A DNA stretch of 55,754 bases from a virus (Duplodnaviria; Caudoviricetes): the IMG/VR virus record IMGVR_UViG_3300033146_000323, positions 1 through 55,754 of that record. One strand, given 5' to 3'. Shown here piece after piece: positions 38,680 through 49,138 of the stretch. A model generated the notes under the pieces. The model did not search any database, was not told the origin of the DNA, and saw only the letters and a list, made by a program, of their open reading frames with translations. The translations under genes and the position numbers were made by a program. Numbering within the stretch: the first letter of the stretch is position 1; the number at the start of each line of letters is the position of its first letter.

Positions 38680-41115
38680 TTATCTTGGGGAAAACTCGGC
38701 TAAATCAAAGCCATCTAAACTGTCCTCGTTTGATTCAAATATCTGCGGTGGTAAATTGTTTTTACGCTGATTAATCAATTTGGACTGTTGAGTATTTTGC
38801 TTATCTATTCTTTTAGATTTAGCTTCTTCTCTCTGAGTTTCTCTACTTTGTAGTGCTCTCTCAGAAATATCCCTAAGTTGCTGATTATAGTTAAACTCTT
38901 CAGCCATAAGCTGAGACTTGAGTTTAGCTTCATTATTCATCTTTTCGATTTCAAATGCTATCTCTGCTTGTTTCAACTGCATCTTACCTTGCATCTCTTG
39001 TTGGTGTTTTTGCATTGCAAGTTGTGCTGCCATTTGTTGAGACTTCAGTTGTTGTTGTGCAGTCATTGCCTGTTGCTGCATTTTCATTTCTTCTTCTCTG
39101 TCTTGCTTTTGCTTACGTTTCATTTTAAGCAATTGATTTGCAAGTTTTAAATTTTTAAGTTCTCTAATATCAATAGCGTCTTCAAGATTAATATCTTGTT
39201 TAGATAAAGCCATTTGAATATTCTGTTCGAGTTTAGCTTTTTCTTCTTCATCCGGTGCTACTTCAATAAAAATACCAAAGTCGTAAATGTATAAGTCAGA
39301 TATTTCATTAAGAATACTTACGTTATACTTTCCAATCTTATTAGCAAAATCATCTTTGAAGTCTGCATATTCTAATATGTCTGCGATTCTATAGGTAAGA
39401 GCTTCAGAAATAGTTCTAAACAAATACAAACTACCATCAAGGATGTGACGTGTAGCTACATTAGAGTTTAGAGCAGCAAGTTTTTGTAGACCAACTAATG
39501 AATCAGGGTCAGGTAAAGAAGCATCTCTTGCTTCATTTAATCCTGTTACCTGTCTAATCATATTCAAATAATGATTGTAGTTCTGAATTAACATCTGTGT
39601 TTTAGATGCACCTGATGATGACTGTAGTTCTTTGATTGGTACTTTACCCTGATTGTAATCTCCTTCTTGAGTATAAGACCTACCAATAACAGAACCTGTT
39701 TGGAAGTATAACCTCAATGCATCTTCAGGATTGTAAGCATTACCTGTTCCTAAGTCTACTTCATTTAATCCATCAGCATCAATATATACACCATCAGGAA
39801 CTACTCTTGAAATAACTTGTTGTAGTTTCAAGTGAGTCATTTGAATCAAGTCTGCAAAAGGAATCATTCTTCTTACAAGTGATTCTAATACTCCTTTGTA
39901 CATTCTTGGTGCACAAGCTACATAATTAGGAAGTGCGTGTTGACTTGTTGATTTTGGTCTTACCATATTCTTTGCAAGTTCCCACTTCAATAGAATATTA
40001 GTACCCATAACCATTACTCCATCATACCATACGTCAATAGTCTTTTCAAACTTTTCAAAGTTACCTTCCTCCATAATTTCTACAGGTGGATTAAATTGGT
40101 CATCTTTTTCGATTACCTTATTACCACCCGTAGCCGTTACTTTTTTCTTATAGACCATCTTCTTAGTGGTCTTATAATTAAAATACATTAACGTACACGT
40201 GTCTCTATAGAACACATCATTCTGATAAAACTGTGCTACATTGTAATAGTCATACCAAGATTGGCTATATTTAGATATCTCTTCTAAGTCAGAATTTGTA
40301 AGTGAAGGGTCTATCTTTTTGAGTTCGATGATTGGTACTGTCTTTACTTCTCCCCAATAAAAACAATCCTTGAAATATGGGTCTTCAGTATAGCTATAAA
40401 CCACGTTAGCAGGGTCCACATAGGACACCTCAACACCTGAGCCTTTTAAGAACTCGTGTTTAGCAACAGAGATTCCTAATGTAGTCAAGTCATAATCACA
40501 TCTCTTTCTTAAATCTAAATAGTGGTTTTCATCAAGTATAGTATTGATTGCTTCTTCTTCAGCAATCTCGATTGCAGGTTTGTAGTTAATCTGCATATAT
40601 AGTGAAAGCTCTTCGTCATTTGCAGGGAGTTCATCTGACGGCATAACAAATGGGTCATATCCACTTTTTTGTTGAACTATTTCTAAGATATCTTTAGAAA
40701 CCATTTGTCCTTCTATCATATCTTGATACTTAGAACGCTTGGCTTGAGACATTGCATCTTGTGCGTAGGCTTTGACTTTGAACATTCTGTCCGCCATTCC
40801 GTTTACTACAATATCTACAAACTTAGGAATGATAGGCACGGGTGTCCAATCTAAATTCAGATACGACAAATCACCGTCAATTGCTAATTCATCTTTATAT
40901 TTTCTGATTGATTGTTCTCCTCTTGCGTACAATCTCAACCTGTGAAATTCTCGCCATTGGTCATAAAATCTACAACCGTTTCCATCTTTACGAAACCATT
41001 CATATTGAATGGCTTGACCTATCATCAATCCATATTCATCCGTAGCCTTTTCAGCATCGGAAACGAACTGACTTGGAAACCCTGCAGATGAAATATTTAT
41101 TTTTACGTCTTTCAT
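38680..41115 (-). CDS. portal protein
   Basis: Follows terminase; PIIPKFVDIVVNG; Gln-rich C-terminal coiled coil. Confidence 0.8.
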   Translation of the reverse strand: MKDVKINISSAGFPSQFVSDAEKATDEYGLMIGQAIQYEWFRKDGNGCRFYDQWREFHRLRLYARGEQSIRKYKDELAIDGDLSYLNLDWTPVPIIPKFVDIVVNGMADRMFKVKAYAQDAMSQAKRSKYQDMIEGQMVSKDILEIVQQKSGYDPFVMPSDELPANDEELSLYMQINYKPAIEIAEEEAINTILDENHYLDLRKRCDYDLTTLGISVAKHEFLKGSGVEVSYVDPANVVYSYTEDPYFKDCFYWGEVKTVPIIELKKIDPSLTNSDLEEISKYSQSWYDYYNVAQFYQNDVFYRDTCTLMYFNYKTTKKMVYKKKVTATGGNKVIEKDDQFNPPVEIMEEGNFEKFEKTIDVWYDGVMVMGTNILLKWELAKNMVRPKSTSQHALPNYVACAPRMYKGVLESLVRRMIPFADLIQMTHLKLQQVISRVVPDGVYIDADGLNEVDLGTGNAYNPEDALRLYFQTGSVIGRSYTQEGDYNQGKVPIKELQSSSGASKTQMLIQNYNHYLNMIRQVTGLNEARDASLPDPDSLVGLQKLAALNSNVATRHILDGSLYLFRTISEALTYRIADILEYADFKDDFANKIGKYNVSILNEISDLYIYDFGIFIEVAPDEEEKAKLEQNIQMALSKQDINLEDAIDIRELKNLKLANQLLKMKRKQKQDREEEMKMQQQAMTAQQQLKSQQMAAQLAMQKHQQEMQGKMQLKQAEIAFEIEKMNNEAKLKSQLMAEEFNYNQQLRDISERALQSRETQREEAKSKRIDKQNTQQSKLINQRKNNLPPQIFESNEDSLDGFDLAEFSPR

Positions 41116-43346
41116 CTAATTATCTGACTTAATTTGCCGTCATTACTATACCTTGCAAAGTTAATCATAATTCTTGACTCTTTTCTTTCAGGCTGATATA
41201 GATGCTTTTGACAAGCCATTACTGCTAATCCTGAGCTAATAGATGCATCAAACTTAGTTCTGTTAGAAATATCGAACCTTGCCCAATCTTCTAAAGTTCT
41301 GTTGAAAGGCATATTGTTCATATCTCCTTCTTCAGTCATTAATCCTACGTGTTTTTCAATATAGGATTCTATAGCTGCTGCGTGAGCTTGTTTTACATCT
41401 TCACTTGAGTTTGGTATTCCTCCTAATTCTCTTTCTGTTTTTGAGAGTTTGGTGAATACTTTATCAGGTCTATTCATACAAAAACCTCTATATCCTCTAT
41501 TCTTAAAATGGTATAATAATCTTGGTTTGTTATTCTCTATTAGTATTGGCATACCATAAAACACACAAGCCATAAGAACATCTTCAAAGAATATCTCTGC
41601 AGTTTGTGGTCTTGCAATATATTCTAAGAAGAACTCATTACTTGGAGCTTCTTCCATACTAAACTTTGTTAATCCGTGTAAAGACCCGTTGGACCCTTTA
41701 CCGCCTACAGTACCGCTAATATCGTAGGAGTCACATCCGAATGCACCAATGTGTTCATTGCCCGGATATTTGATTCCTCCTTTTGTTCGCATATTGTTTT
41801 GAATGTTTGAATTTGGAACCCAAGTAATTAAAAACCTTCCTCGTTTGTCAGGACTAAAAACTACTTTGGTATCCTTTACTCCATCCTTCCAACTAAATGA
41901 ACCACGTGTTACATATTGTTCTGTAATCATTGAATCATTATAATCTATTTGTTGGTATATCTTAGTTAGATTAAATAATGATTGTCTGCTTTCATCTCTA
42001 AAAGCGTGAGATTCAGTTCTTGGAAACTGTCTATAATATTCATTCAATGCATCAGGGTCGTGTTTTAACGAGTCAACTTCGTTTTCCCAATACTCAAGAG
42101 CTCCTTGATATATCATTTCATTGTCAATCCCTAACACCTCTGTTGGTGGAGTTTTTAAAACAGGCATTCCGTATCTATCAATGAAGCCTTCCATATTATG
42201 CTCCATAGGAATAAACAATGAATACAAACCGCTTTTAGTTTGACCATTGGCATTTCTATTAGTTACATCAGAGTCATAAAACATTTTCTTAAAATTATCT
42301 CCTCCTTTTGATAATGCATTTGATGTTGAACCCATCATACATTTTCCGATAATCTTACTACCCAAACGCAAACACGTTTTTGTAACTCGCCAATTGTTTA
42401 GAATATTATTTGGCTTCAACCACTTACCGCTTTCATCGTGTACTAAAAGCAAAAGTTTTTCCCCATCATAACTATTGTCATCAGTATTCTTCCAATCAAT
42501 AGTTGTATCTAACCCTTCGATTTCCTCTTCATCTATATCATACATATTCTTTTTTGTAATCTTAGATGCAGGTACTCGATAAGCTAATTCTGTTTTTGGT
42601 TTATCCATTCCATCCATAATCGGTTTGAAAAAGAATGGAAGTCTACTGTTAATAGGAACGACTTTATCTGTAAACATTTTCTTTGCATCAGAACCTGTCT
42701 TTGATAAAATGCCTACCCTTGCGTCTTTAGCAAGTGTTCCTGTATTGACACATTCAGATGAGGACATAAATGAAAAACCGGAACGTCTTATCTTTAGATA
42801 AATCATTCCGAAACTTCTTTTATCTGCTTTACACGCTTCCCAAAAAATAAACAAGATTCTATTAGCTTCTCTATAATCAGGATATCCTACATCAATACTT
42901 GTCCATTGCAGGTACATATAGTGAGCTCCTGTTATATATGTTGGCTTTCCATTATTCATAAACCAACACCCTTCCTCTCTATAATCAAACTCTTGTTCAA
43001 TATAATCTACCCATCTGCTTTTAAAATCAGTAGGCATTTCATTCCACTGAAAGATAGATTGAATCTTAGACAGTGGTTTTGGAAGTTCAGTTCTTTCCCA
43101 ATACTGTTGCTTTTTGTCTGAGTGTCTTTGAAGACACTCTTTTGGTGTCTTCGGAAGTGCAATCTTTAATCCTGATACTTCAATAATATCACCTATCTGT
43201 CCGGTTTTAGAAATAACAACTATATCGTATTTATCGTTATAACCATAAAGCCAAGACTTATTACGGTTTTTATTTGATACTACGTTAGTTGGTACAACAT
43301 CTTGTACCACTTTATATAGTTCTCTATTTAGACCTTCTTTCTGCAA
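41112..43346 (-). CDS. terL: terminase large subunit
   Basis: Walker A KIRRSGFS, Walker B LLVHDESGK, GSTSN motif III, nuclease GCDSYD. Confidence 0.85.
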   Translation of the reverse strand: MQKEGLNRELYKVVQDVVPTNVVSNKNRNKSWLYGYNDKYDIVVISKTGQIGDIIEVSGLKIALPKTPKECLQRHSDKKQQYWERTELPKPLSKIQSIFQWNEMPTDFKSRWVDYIEQEFDYREEGCWFMNNGKPTYITGAHYMYLQWTSIDVGYPDYREANRILFIFWEACKADKRSFGMIYLKIRRSGFSFMSSSECVNTGTLAKDARVGILSKTGSDAKKMFTDKVVPINSRLPFFFKPIMDGMDKPKTELAYRVPASKITKKNMYDIDEEEIEGLDTTIDWKNTDDNSYDGEKLLLLVHDESGKWLKPNNILNNWRVTKTCLRLGSKIIGKCMMGSTSNALSKGGDNFKKMFYDSDVTNRNANGQTKSGLYSLFIPMEHNMEGFIDRYGMPVLKTPPTEVLGIDNEMIYQGALEYWENEVDSLKHDPDALNEYYRQFPRTESHAFRDESRQSLFNLTKIYQQIDYNDSMITEQYVTRGSFSWKDGVKDTKVVFSPDKRGRFLITWVPNSNIQNNMRTKGGIKYPGNEHIGAFGCDSYDISGTVGGKGSNGSLHGLTKFSMEEAPSNEFFLEYIARPQTAEIFFEDVLMACVFYGMPILIENNKPRLLYHFKNRGYRGFCMNRPDKVFTKLSKTERELGGIPNSSEDVKQAHAAAIESYIEKHVGLMTEEGDMNNMPFNRTLEDWARFDISNRTKFDASISSGLAVMACQKHLYQPERKESRIMINFARYSNDGKLSQIIR
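43122..43137. repeat. 16-bp palindrome copy (in terL, reads C-L-Q-R-H)
   Basis: GAGTGTCTTTGAAGACACTC (43120-43139). Confidence 0.95.
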
Positions 43347-43602
43347 ATCCTTGTTTTGTATCTATTTTAGTATTAGTCGTTCCTTCTTCAAGAGACTCTC
43401 TTTCTTCTTCAACTCTTTTTAATATTTCAAAAGCATCAAAGATGGCAAGTTTCTTGGTAGCTGCTGCGTTCTTTAATCTATCTGCAGCTAAATCATCTTC
43501 AGGGTCAGGCTTAATAATTTTTTCTTTAGCAACTTTTATTAGTTGCTCTACCGCCTGATGACCTGCTTCAATAATTTTTAATTTGATTTCTTTTGTACTC
43601 AT
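43324..43602 (-). CDS. putative terminase small subunit
   Basis: Small helical ORF directly upstream of terL. Confidence 0.5.
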   Translation of the reverse strand: MSTKEIKLKIIEAGHQAVEQLIKVAKEKIIKPDPEDDLAADRLKNAAATKKLAIFDAFEILKRVEEERESLEEGTTNTKIDTKQGFAERRSK

Positions 43603-44162
43603 ACTACTAAAGTTATTGAATGGTCATACATTCTATATAGTATTTCATCGTCTACTCTAAACTCATATTCTTGTAAAGGTTTGTAACACACAGTGTCACC
43701 TTTTTTAACACCTTTACTTTTTAAATAATCGTTTACAATAACCATCTCACCCATCAAAGGTTCTTTGGTAAAAGGCTTGAATATATAGCTATCTGTTGGT
43801 GGTATGGATTTGACAAAACAATACCTATCATACCCGTGCCATTCGTCATTCTTTTTGTAAGCAAAGAATTGGTCCGGGTCTAAAAAGAAAATGTTTTCTT
43901 TGAGAAAACTTTTGCCACTTCTACGTCTACCTTTCATATCATTATAAAACTTAAAAACATTGTGATGCACTAATAAAGTGTCTCCCTTTTCTATAGGTCC
44001 ACAATAATTTAAGGGTGTCTCGATAACGGTGGCTTGACGATTGGATGTAGATACATCCTCTTCAGAGGTGCTTGTTATAAAATCAAGACCTCCTATGTTT
44101 TTTATATTGTCGTATCTCCTATTGTTTTTAGGTTCTACAATAAACTGATATAATGATTTCAT
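43599..44162 (-). CDS. tandem double GroES-like protein
   Basis: Start at ATG 44162; two units each with [IV][EK]KGDT[LV] (ATVIETP...IEKGDTLLV; GEMVIV...VKKGDTVCY...EFRVDDEILYRMYDHSI). Confidence 0.55.
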   Translation of the reverse strand: MKSLYQFIVEPKNNRRYDNIKNIGGLDFITSTSEEDVSTSNRQATVIETPLNYCGPIEKGDTLLVHHNVFKFYNDMKGRRRSGKSFLKENIFFLDPDQFFAYKKNDEWHGYDRYCFVKSIPPTDSYIFKPFTKEPLMGEMVIVNDYLKSKGVKKGDTVCYKPLQEYEFRVDDEILYRMYDHSITLVV

Positions 44163-44389
44163 TAAAAATTTATATTGTATTCGATTGAGACAGGCATAGC
44201 AGAAGTAAACTCCTTCCACAACATAACTTCCATCTCATCGCTTTCAATCCATATTTTTATAGAATCAGTTTCTTCGTAATATTTTATAAGGTGAATCTTG
44301 TAGTGTCCGTTTAAGACATCTTGACCGACAATGTAGTGCATTGCTCCCGACTTATAATCAGGACCAATGGAGATTTTTCTAATATCCAT
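44162..44389 (-). CDS. hypothetical protein
   Basis: ORF in operon with TAATG overlap. Confidence 0.7.
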   Translation of the reverse strand: MDIRKISIGPDYKSGAMHYIVGQDVLNGHYKIHLIKYYEETDSIKIWIESDEMEVMLWKEFTSAMPVSIEYNINF

Positions 44390-44400
44390 TTCATTAAATT

Positions 44401-46338
44401 TTATTTTTTCAAAGCGTCAAGCTCTGCTTTCAACTCTTGAATAGCTTTTACCAATACAGGAATCAACGCTGCATTACCCATTTGCCAAGCATCAGGGTTA
44501 TCTCTGTTTACCAATGAAGGTAGGATATCTTCTGCACTGTGTGCTTGAAGAGCGTTGTCTGTAAACTGTGCAATGAAACCTGAATCTTTTTTACCCTTCA
44601 TAGTTCCATCTCGTCTTTCCCAATCCCAACTAACAGGTTTTAAATCAGCTATGAAATCTAATCCTAAACGTAAGTCTTCTACGTTGTTCTTGTCTCTTAA
44701 ATCAGAAAGACCTGAGATAATTTGTGTATTACATCTAAGTGTAGTTACATTATTATCACCTAATACTACTTCGTTAGATGCCTGTGGTTGAGAGTTGTGA
44801 CCTAATGCAGTTGTATTATCGAACCCTACTTGTACAGAACCTGCAGATTTACCGATTGCAGTATTATTAGTTCCTGTGCCTAAATTAAATAGTGCATCGT
44901 TTCCAATCGCTACGTTGAAGTCTCCACCTTGTTGTTGATTCAATGCATTTGTTCCTACTGCAACATTAAAGAACCCAAGCAGTGGTTGACCACCGTGAGC
45001 ATTGTTACCAATGGAGATATTATTTTCTCCATTTAGTTGGGAAGCGGCATTTGAACCAATAGCGATAGAGTTAGAATAGTTCCCACCTCCTACACCTGCT
45101 TGAGATGCAGCTAAGTATCCAATGGCAATCGGATAGTCAATAGTCTGTCCTAAACCTTGTGTAGCACTACCAAAAGCACCAAACCCTAAAGCGGTAGCAT
45201 TGTTTACATCAGTAGCACCGGGTCCTGCAAAAGTTCCTGCACCTACTAAAGTATGTCCACCACCATCTAAATTTATACCGGAAGAGTTTCCAATATAAAC
45301 ATCTTGTAAAAGGTCATTTACTGCGGCACCCTCTGCAACACTTGCACCAATAAGAACACTATTTGATGCAGTTGCATAAGCAGGTCTTGTGCTTTGTGAT
45401 TGAGGTGTTAAAATTACACTTGATTGTACCTCTTCAGCCTCATAAGCAGCTTGGCTACCTGCAATAATATTTCGTTCACCACCCATCTGTCTACCTGCAG
45501 TTGAGCCGATAATAACATTGTCAAATAAGTTAAGAACACCTCCTGCTGAACCTGCCTGTGAAGCAGCACTATATCCTAAGATTACGTTGTCTTCTAATTC
45601 TTCAGATGTGTGAGCAAATGCTATCCTACTTCCAACAAAAGTGTTACGTGCAGTCGCACAGTTTGGACCATAATTATTTTGGTCTCCTAAAACCCAAAAG
45701 CCTACAAACACATCATCATCTGCTGACTGAATTGATTTTAGCGACCTACCTCCAATAGCTACGGTGGCTGACATTTCATTACCGCCTACTGCAGTTTGAG
45801 TAGTAAGCATATCGTCACCTATAAGGGTACTGTAAAGAATGTAATCATTATTATTGCTTACAAAGTCTGTAGCTATTCGTGTACCAATCAGTTGTGAATC
45901 CCTTATACCACTGCCTGAACCCGTCATATCTCCGGGAGCTACATCAATACCAATTGCAAGAACATTCGGGAATTGTCCCGGTCTCAAAGCTAATGGTGTT
46001 GTGCCTTTTCCTAATACTAAAGATGTATCGGTTTCTGCATCCGTTGCATCCATTGATATGCTACCTTTAATCTGTGTAGTGTCGGTAGCTGCTGCACCCA
46101 ATCCACCTACGTGGTATGTTAGCGTGTTTGTATCTACACCCACATTATTAGCATCTCCATAAAGTAGCCTTGTAGATGTAATTGTTGGAGGTACCTGAGG
46201 GGGTGGGGGTGGTACTAAACTAATAATATCACCTATGGTATAGTTCTTAGTTATGTTATTATCATTAACATCCGTACCTATAACTTTATCATTAAGTTGA
46301 GGTGTGGAGTCTATTGCATAGGTAGATATTTTTCCCAT
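44401..46338 (-). CDS. tail fibre/spike with C-terminal intramolecular chaperone (peptidase S74)
   Basis: N.AIG/N.A.G beta-roll repeats; SDLRDK...LKPVSW...GFIAQ...LVKAIQEL. Confidence 0.85.
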   Translation of the reverse strand: MGKISTYAIDSTPQLNDKVIGTDVNDNNITKNYTIGDIISLVPPPPPQVPPTITSTRLLYGDANNVGVDTNTLTYHVGGLGAAATDTTQIKGSISMDATDAETDTSLVLGKGTTPLALRPGQFPNVLAIGIDVAPGDMTGSGSGIRDSQLIGTRIATDFVSNNNDYILYSTLIGDDMLTTQTAVGGNEMSATVAIGGRSLKSIQSADDDVFVGFWVLGDQNNYGPNCATARNTFVGSRIAFAHTSEELEDNVILGYSAASQAGSAGGVLNLFDNVIIGSTAGRQMGGERNIIAGSQAAYEAEEVQSSVILTPQSQSTRPAYATASNSVLIGASVAEGAAVNDLLQDVYIGNSSGINLDGGGHTLVGAGTFAGPGATDVNNATALGFGAFGSATQGLGQTIDYPIAIGYLAASQAGVGGGNYSNSIAIGSNAASQLNGENNISIGNNAHGGQPLLGFFNVAVGTNALNQQQGGDFNVAIGNDALFNLGTGTNNTAIGKSAGSVQVGFDNTTALGHNSQPQASNEVVLGDNNVTTLRCNTQIISGLSDLRDKNNVEDLRLGLDFIADLKPVSWDWERRDGTMKGKKDSGFIAQFTDNALQAHSAEDILPSLVNRDNPDAWQMGNAALIPVLVKAIQELKAELDALKK

Positions 46339-46344
46339 CAGTTT

Positions 46345-46566
46345 TTATTTTTGTTGGACTTCTCCTGTCTGTAAATTAATGACAGAATCTTTTCCATATT
46401 TCTCAATCAGTTTCTTTTCGTTCTGAGCAAATTGTAATTTAATTTGGTTTATCTCAGAAATAATAAAACTCTTTTGAACTTCAATCTCTCCAATCTGCAT
46501 TTTCTTTTTTGAAAACTCAGTGTTGAGGTCTTGTAATTCCTTTAGTTCTTCTTTACTTAGTTTCAT
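46345..46566 (-). CDS. small coiled-coil protein
   Basis: LIEKYGKDSVINLQTGEV; own -7 promoter element. Confidence 0.65.
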   Translation of the reverse strand: MKLSKEELKELQDLNTEFSKKKMQIGEIEVQKSFIISEINQIKLQFAQNEKKLIEKYGKDSVINLQTGEVQQK

Positions 46567-46601
46567 TTTATTTAGATTTTTAATTTAGACAAAGTTACGA
46601 A

Positions 46602-46994
46602 TTATTTTTTTTTAATCTTTTCAAACGACCTGCCACCAAAATATGCTGAAATCACTGTTATCAAAACAATCTGAAGTAGGTCAACCCAATTTTCTTGGAC
46701 ATTAAATTTAATAGCACCTGCATCTATAAATATCATTACGATAGTTGATACAATAAGAAACAACAAAACCAATGGTCTTACATTCTTTGAGAGCCACGAA
46801 TCAGAACCCATATCAGACTTCCAACGCTCCGTTACGTTTTGTTGCATATCTTTTTCAGCTTCAATAAATATTTGAGTAAGTTCTTTTTCAAACTGAGCTT
46901 TCTCGTCTTTTGATTGAACGAATCTATCAACAAGGTCTCCGACCTTAGATGCAACATTATCGATGCCGAATATTTTTTTAAGAATCTCCTTCAT
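46602..46994 (-). CDS. holin (GTA 3TM-holin-like)
   Basis: SDSWLSKNVRP, hydrophobic helices, AYFGGRSFEK; next to the amidase. Confidence 0.7.
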   Translation of the reverse strand: MKEILKKIFGIDNVASKVGDLVDRFVQSKDEKAQFEKELTQIFIEAEKDMQQNVTERWKSDMGSDSWLSKNVRPLVLLFLIVSTIVMIFIDAGAIKFNVQENWVDLLQIVLITVISAYFGGRSFEKIKKK

Positions 46995-47425
46995 AGCTTT
47001 TTCCAATTTTCATCCTTGTACTCTTCAGTAGCATCGAAACTTGGACAGGCTTTGTTTGCAAAATCCCTATGTCCGTGTATCTTAGCTTCAGGTGCAAGTA
47101 GTTTCAAGAAATATAACAAGTAAGCTAAAGAGTCTTTTTGTTTTTCAGTACGAGTATCTTTTGGAGTCTTACCATCTTTCTCTACTCCTCCGATATAACA
47201 TATTCCCCAAGATTCACTATTCAACCCCTTCGTATGAGCTCCACGCACATTTATCTTTCTTCCGGTTTCTATAGTGCCATCCATTAAAATAACGAAATGA
47301 TATCCGCAACCATTCCACCCTCTTGCCTTATGCCATTTGTCTATTACTTCAGCATTTACTGAATCATCACCTTCTCGGGTAGCTGAACAATGAATTATAA
47401 TTTTTTTTATTTCTGATGGTATCAT
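46991..47425 (-). CDS. endolysin, N-acetylmuramoyl-L-alanine amidase (T7 lysozyme-like)
   Basis: IIIHCSAT, GYH, GAH, GHRD, KACPSF. Confidence 0.9.
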   Translation of the reverse strand: MIPSEIKKIIIHCSATREGDDSVNAEVIDKWHKARGWNGCGYHFVILMDGTIETGRKINVRGAHTKGLNSESWGICYIGGVEKDGKTPKDTRTEKQKDSLAYLLYFLKLLAPEAKIHGHRDFANKACPSFDATEEYKDENWKKL

Positions 47426-47547
47426 CTGCCTTGTCCTCTATATTTTTGTTTGTAACCTGATTGACCCTTTGATGCATTCTTAGAATGTACACCGGGTCTT
47501 TTTTTATTAGTCTTAAAAATATAAGTAGGTGTGTGAAGTTTAGCCAT
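47422..47547 (-). CDS. tiny basic protein (41 aa, ...KKRPGVHSK...YRGQGR)
   Basis: Read manually; overlapping start and stop with both neighbours. Confidence 0.65.
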   Translation of the reverse strand: MAKLHTPTYIFKTNKKRPGVHSKNASKGQSGYKQKYRGQGR

Positions 47548-47885
47548 TAGTGATTATTTACGTGTGCTTGAAGTTCTTGAAGAGTTACAGTAGGTTCGAA
47601 CATTATGTTGCCTTCCCAAAAAGCAATTGGTTCGTTTCCTTTTTTAATAACTATGAAGGGAATCTTTTGGAATTTATCTTGAACGTCTTTGTTTTGTTCT
47701 TCAAGATATGCCCACTCGATATTACAGTTTTTTAATCTATTAATATCAAGTGCATTGTTTTCATTCCACTTTGCATTGATTTGTAAGACTGTGAGCTCAT
47801 AACTTTCAGTGCGTTCATTAATAGGCATTGGCGACACAAATAGTGCTGCGAATATTAATGTTACTAAAAGGATTATAGTTCTCAT
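47547..47885 (-). CDS. exported protein, possibly thioredoxin-like fold without CxxC
   Basis: Signal peptide; QINAKWN...KIPFIVI. Confidence 0.5.
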   Translation of the reverse strand: MRTIILLVTLIFAALFVSPMPINERTESYELTVLQINAKWNENNALDINRLKNCNIEWAYLEEQNKDVQDKFQKIPFIVIKKGNEPIAFWEGNIMFEPTVTLQELQAHVNNH

Positions 47886-48178
47886 CTTCTTTTTTCATAC
47901 AGTCGTGCCTCGAGTGTCTTTAATGTTTCTTTGATTTCTTTGACATCTTCTTTCATTGCGTCAACATCTTGTTGTGTCAACATAATGGTTTTTCTGACAA
48001 TCTCGTCTTTGTAATGATATTCTTGCTCTGAGATAACCGGCTCGGGTTTTTCCATAGCCAAAGCTATATCTGCTTTTAATGTAAAGTAAACGCTTAATAC
48101 GCTTACCAAAACAAATCCCAATCCTGCTGCGTCTTTAATACTTAACTTGAATGTTGTATCCTTGTCTATCTGAGTCAT
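47882..48178 (-). CDS. membrane-anchored coiled-coil protein (spanin/holin-like)
   Basis: One TM segment followed by a coiled coil; near the lysis genes. Confidence 0.5.
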   Translation of the reverse strand: MTQIDKDTTFKLSIKDAAGLGFVLVSVLSVYFTLKADIALAMEKPEPVISEQEYHYKDEIVRKTIMLTQQDVDAMKEDVKEIKETLKTLEARLYEKRR

Positions 48179-48244
48179 CTTTTACAATTTCATAGATTAC
48201 TTTTATATTTTCTATATCTAAAGTTGTATTAAAGTCGTATTGCA

Positions 48245-48967
48245 TTAGTCAATTTTTTCTATACATATTGAACAAGCAATCCCACCTGTAGTCGCAGGGA
48301 ATGGGTCATTACCATTACCACCGATAAATTCAAGTTTGATTTCTACTTCATCTCCTGACGCTGCAGTAAATGTGTTTTGTCCAAAGTAGTTCATATCATT
48401 TTTATTGTGATTACCTGCAACAGTATTCACAATCCCCTTGATAAGGTTAGTTGTATTACGGGTATATATACCTGCAAAAACAGACATCCCTGAGTTAGCA
48501 GAGCTTTGGTCAAAAAAGTTTAAGTTAATACCTATCTTATACTGACCTTCAGTTTCAATTGAAAAATATGTATTACCATTGTTTCCGGGTATCCCGTTAT
48601 AGTTCATTGTAATCCCACCTGCTGCTGAATTAGTGTTGGCATTACTTTGCTCATCGTTATAAGGTATGTTAGTAAGTGAGCTTTTTGGAATATTAAAATA
48701 AGAGTTACCGCCTGTGTTTAGCCATTCAGCATACAACGAAATTCTCACAGGTACATTCGGATGTTGTGATGGATTAATGAAATCAACTGCTCCACCATTA
48801 ATGTAAAGCATATCATTTGCCGTTTGGTTAGCAGCATTTGCAATTGTATTTAAAAGGTTACTACCTGTAAACACCCTACAGTTTGCTCCATTGTCTAATC
48901 CTACCAATTCGGTTTGATTGTATGAAGGTGTTAATACCTGATTAAACTGTGAAAACTTTGTTGCCAT
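48245..48967 (-). CDS. virion decoration/fibre protein with C1q-like beta domain
   Basis: MATKFSQF N-terminus; GQYKI...SGDEVEI. Confidence 0.5.
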   Translation of the reverse strand: MATKFSQFNQVLTPSYNQTELVGLDNGANCRVFTGSNLLNTIANAANQTANDMLYINGGAVDFINPSQHPNVPVRISLYAEWLNTGGNSYFNIPKSSLTNIPYNDEQSNANTNSAAGGITMNYNGIPGNNGNTYFSIETEGQYKIGINLNFFDQSSANSGMSVFAGIYTRNTTNLIKGIVNTVAGNHNKNDMNYFGQNTFTAASGDEVEIKLEFIGGNGNDPFPATTGGIACSICIEKID

Positions 48968-48978
48968 ATCTTATTTTT

Positions 48979-49137
48979 TTATTCTGCTATCATATCAACT
49001 CCTGTCTCTGTGACTATTTGGTCATCAGGTGCAGGTAAAAATCCGGTTTCTGTTATAAGAAAGTTTGGTGTAGGTGAAGAACCTCCCGGTTTAATGGTAA
49101 ATAAGATTCCATTACCTATGCCAATTATACTTCCCAT
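48979..49137 (-). CDS. small structural protein (52 aa, MGSIIGIGNGI...)
   Basis: Read manually; fills the gap; LITE/IVTE repeats. Confidence 0.55.
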   Translation of the reverse strand: MGSIIGIGNGILFTIKPGGSSPTPNFLITETGFLPAPDDQIVTETGVDMIAE

Positions 49138-49138
49138 T

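Noticed and set aside
44401-46338. Tail fibre as a diversity-generating retroelement target or invertible cassette
   Set aside because: No reverse transcriptase, invertase, or template/variable repeat pair seen
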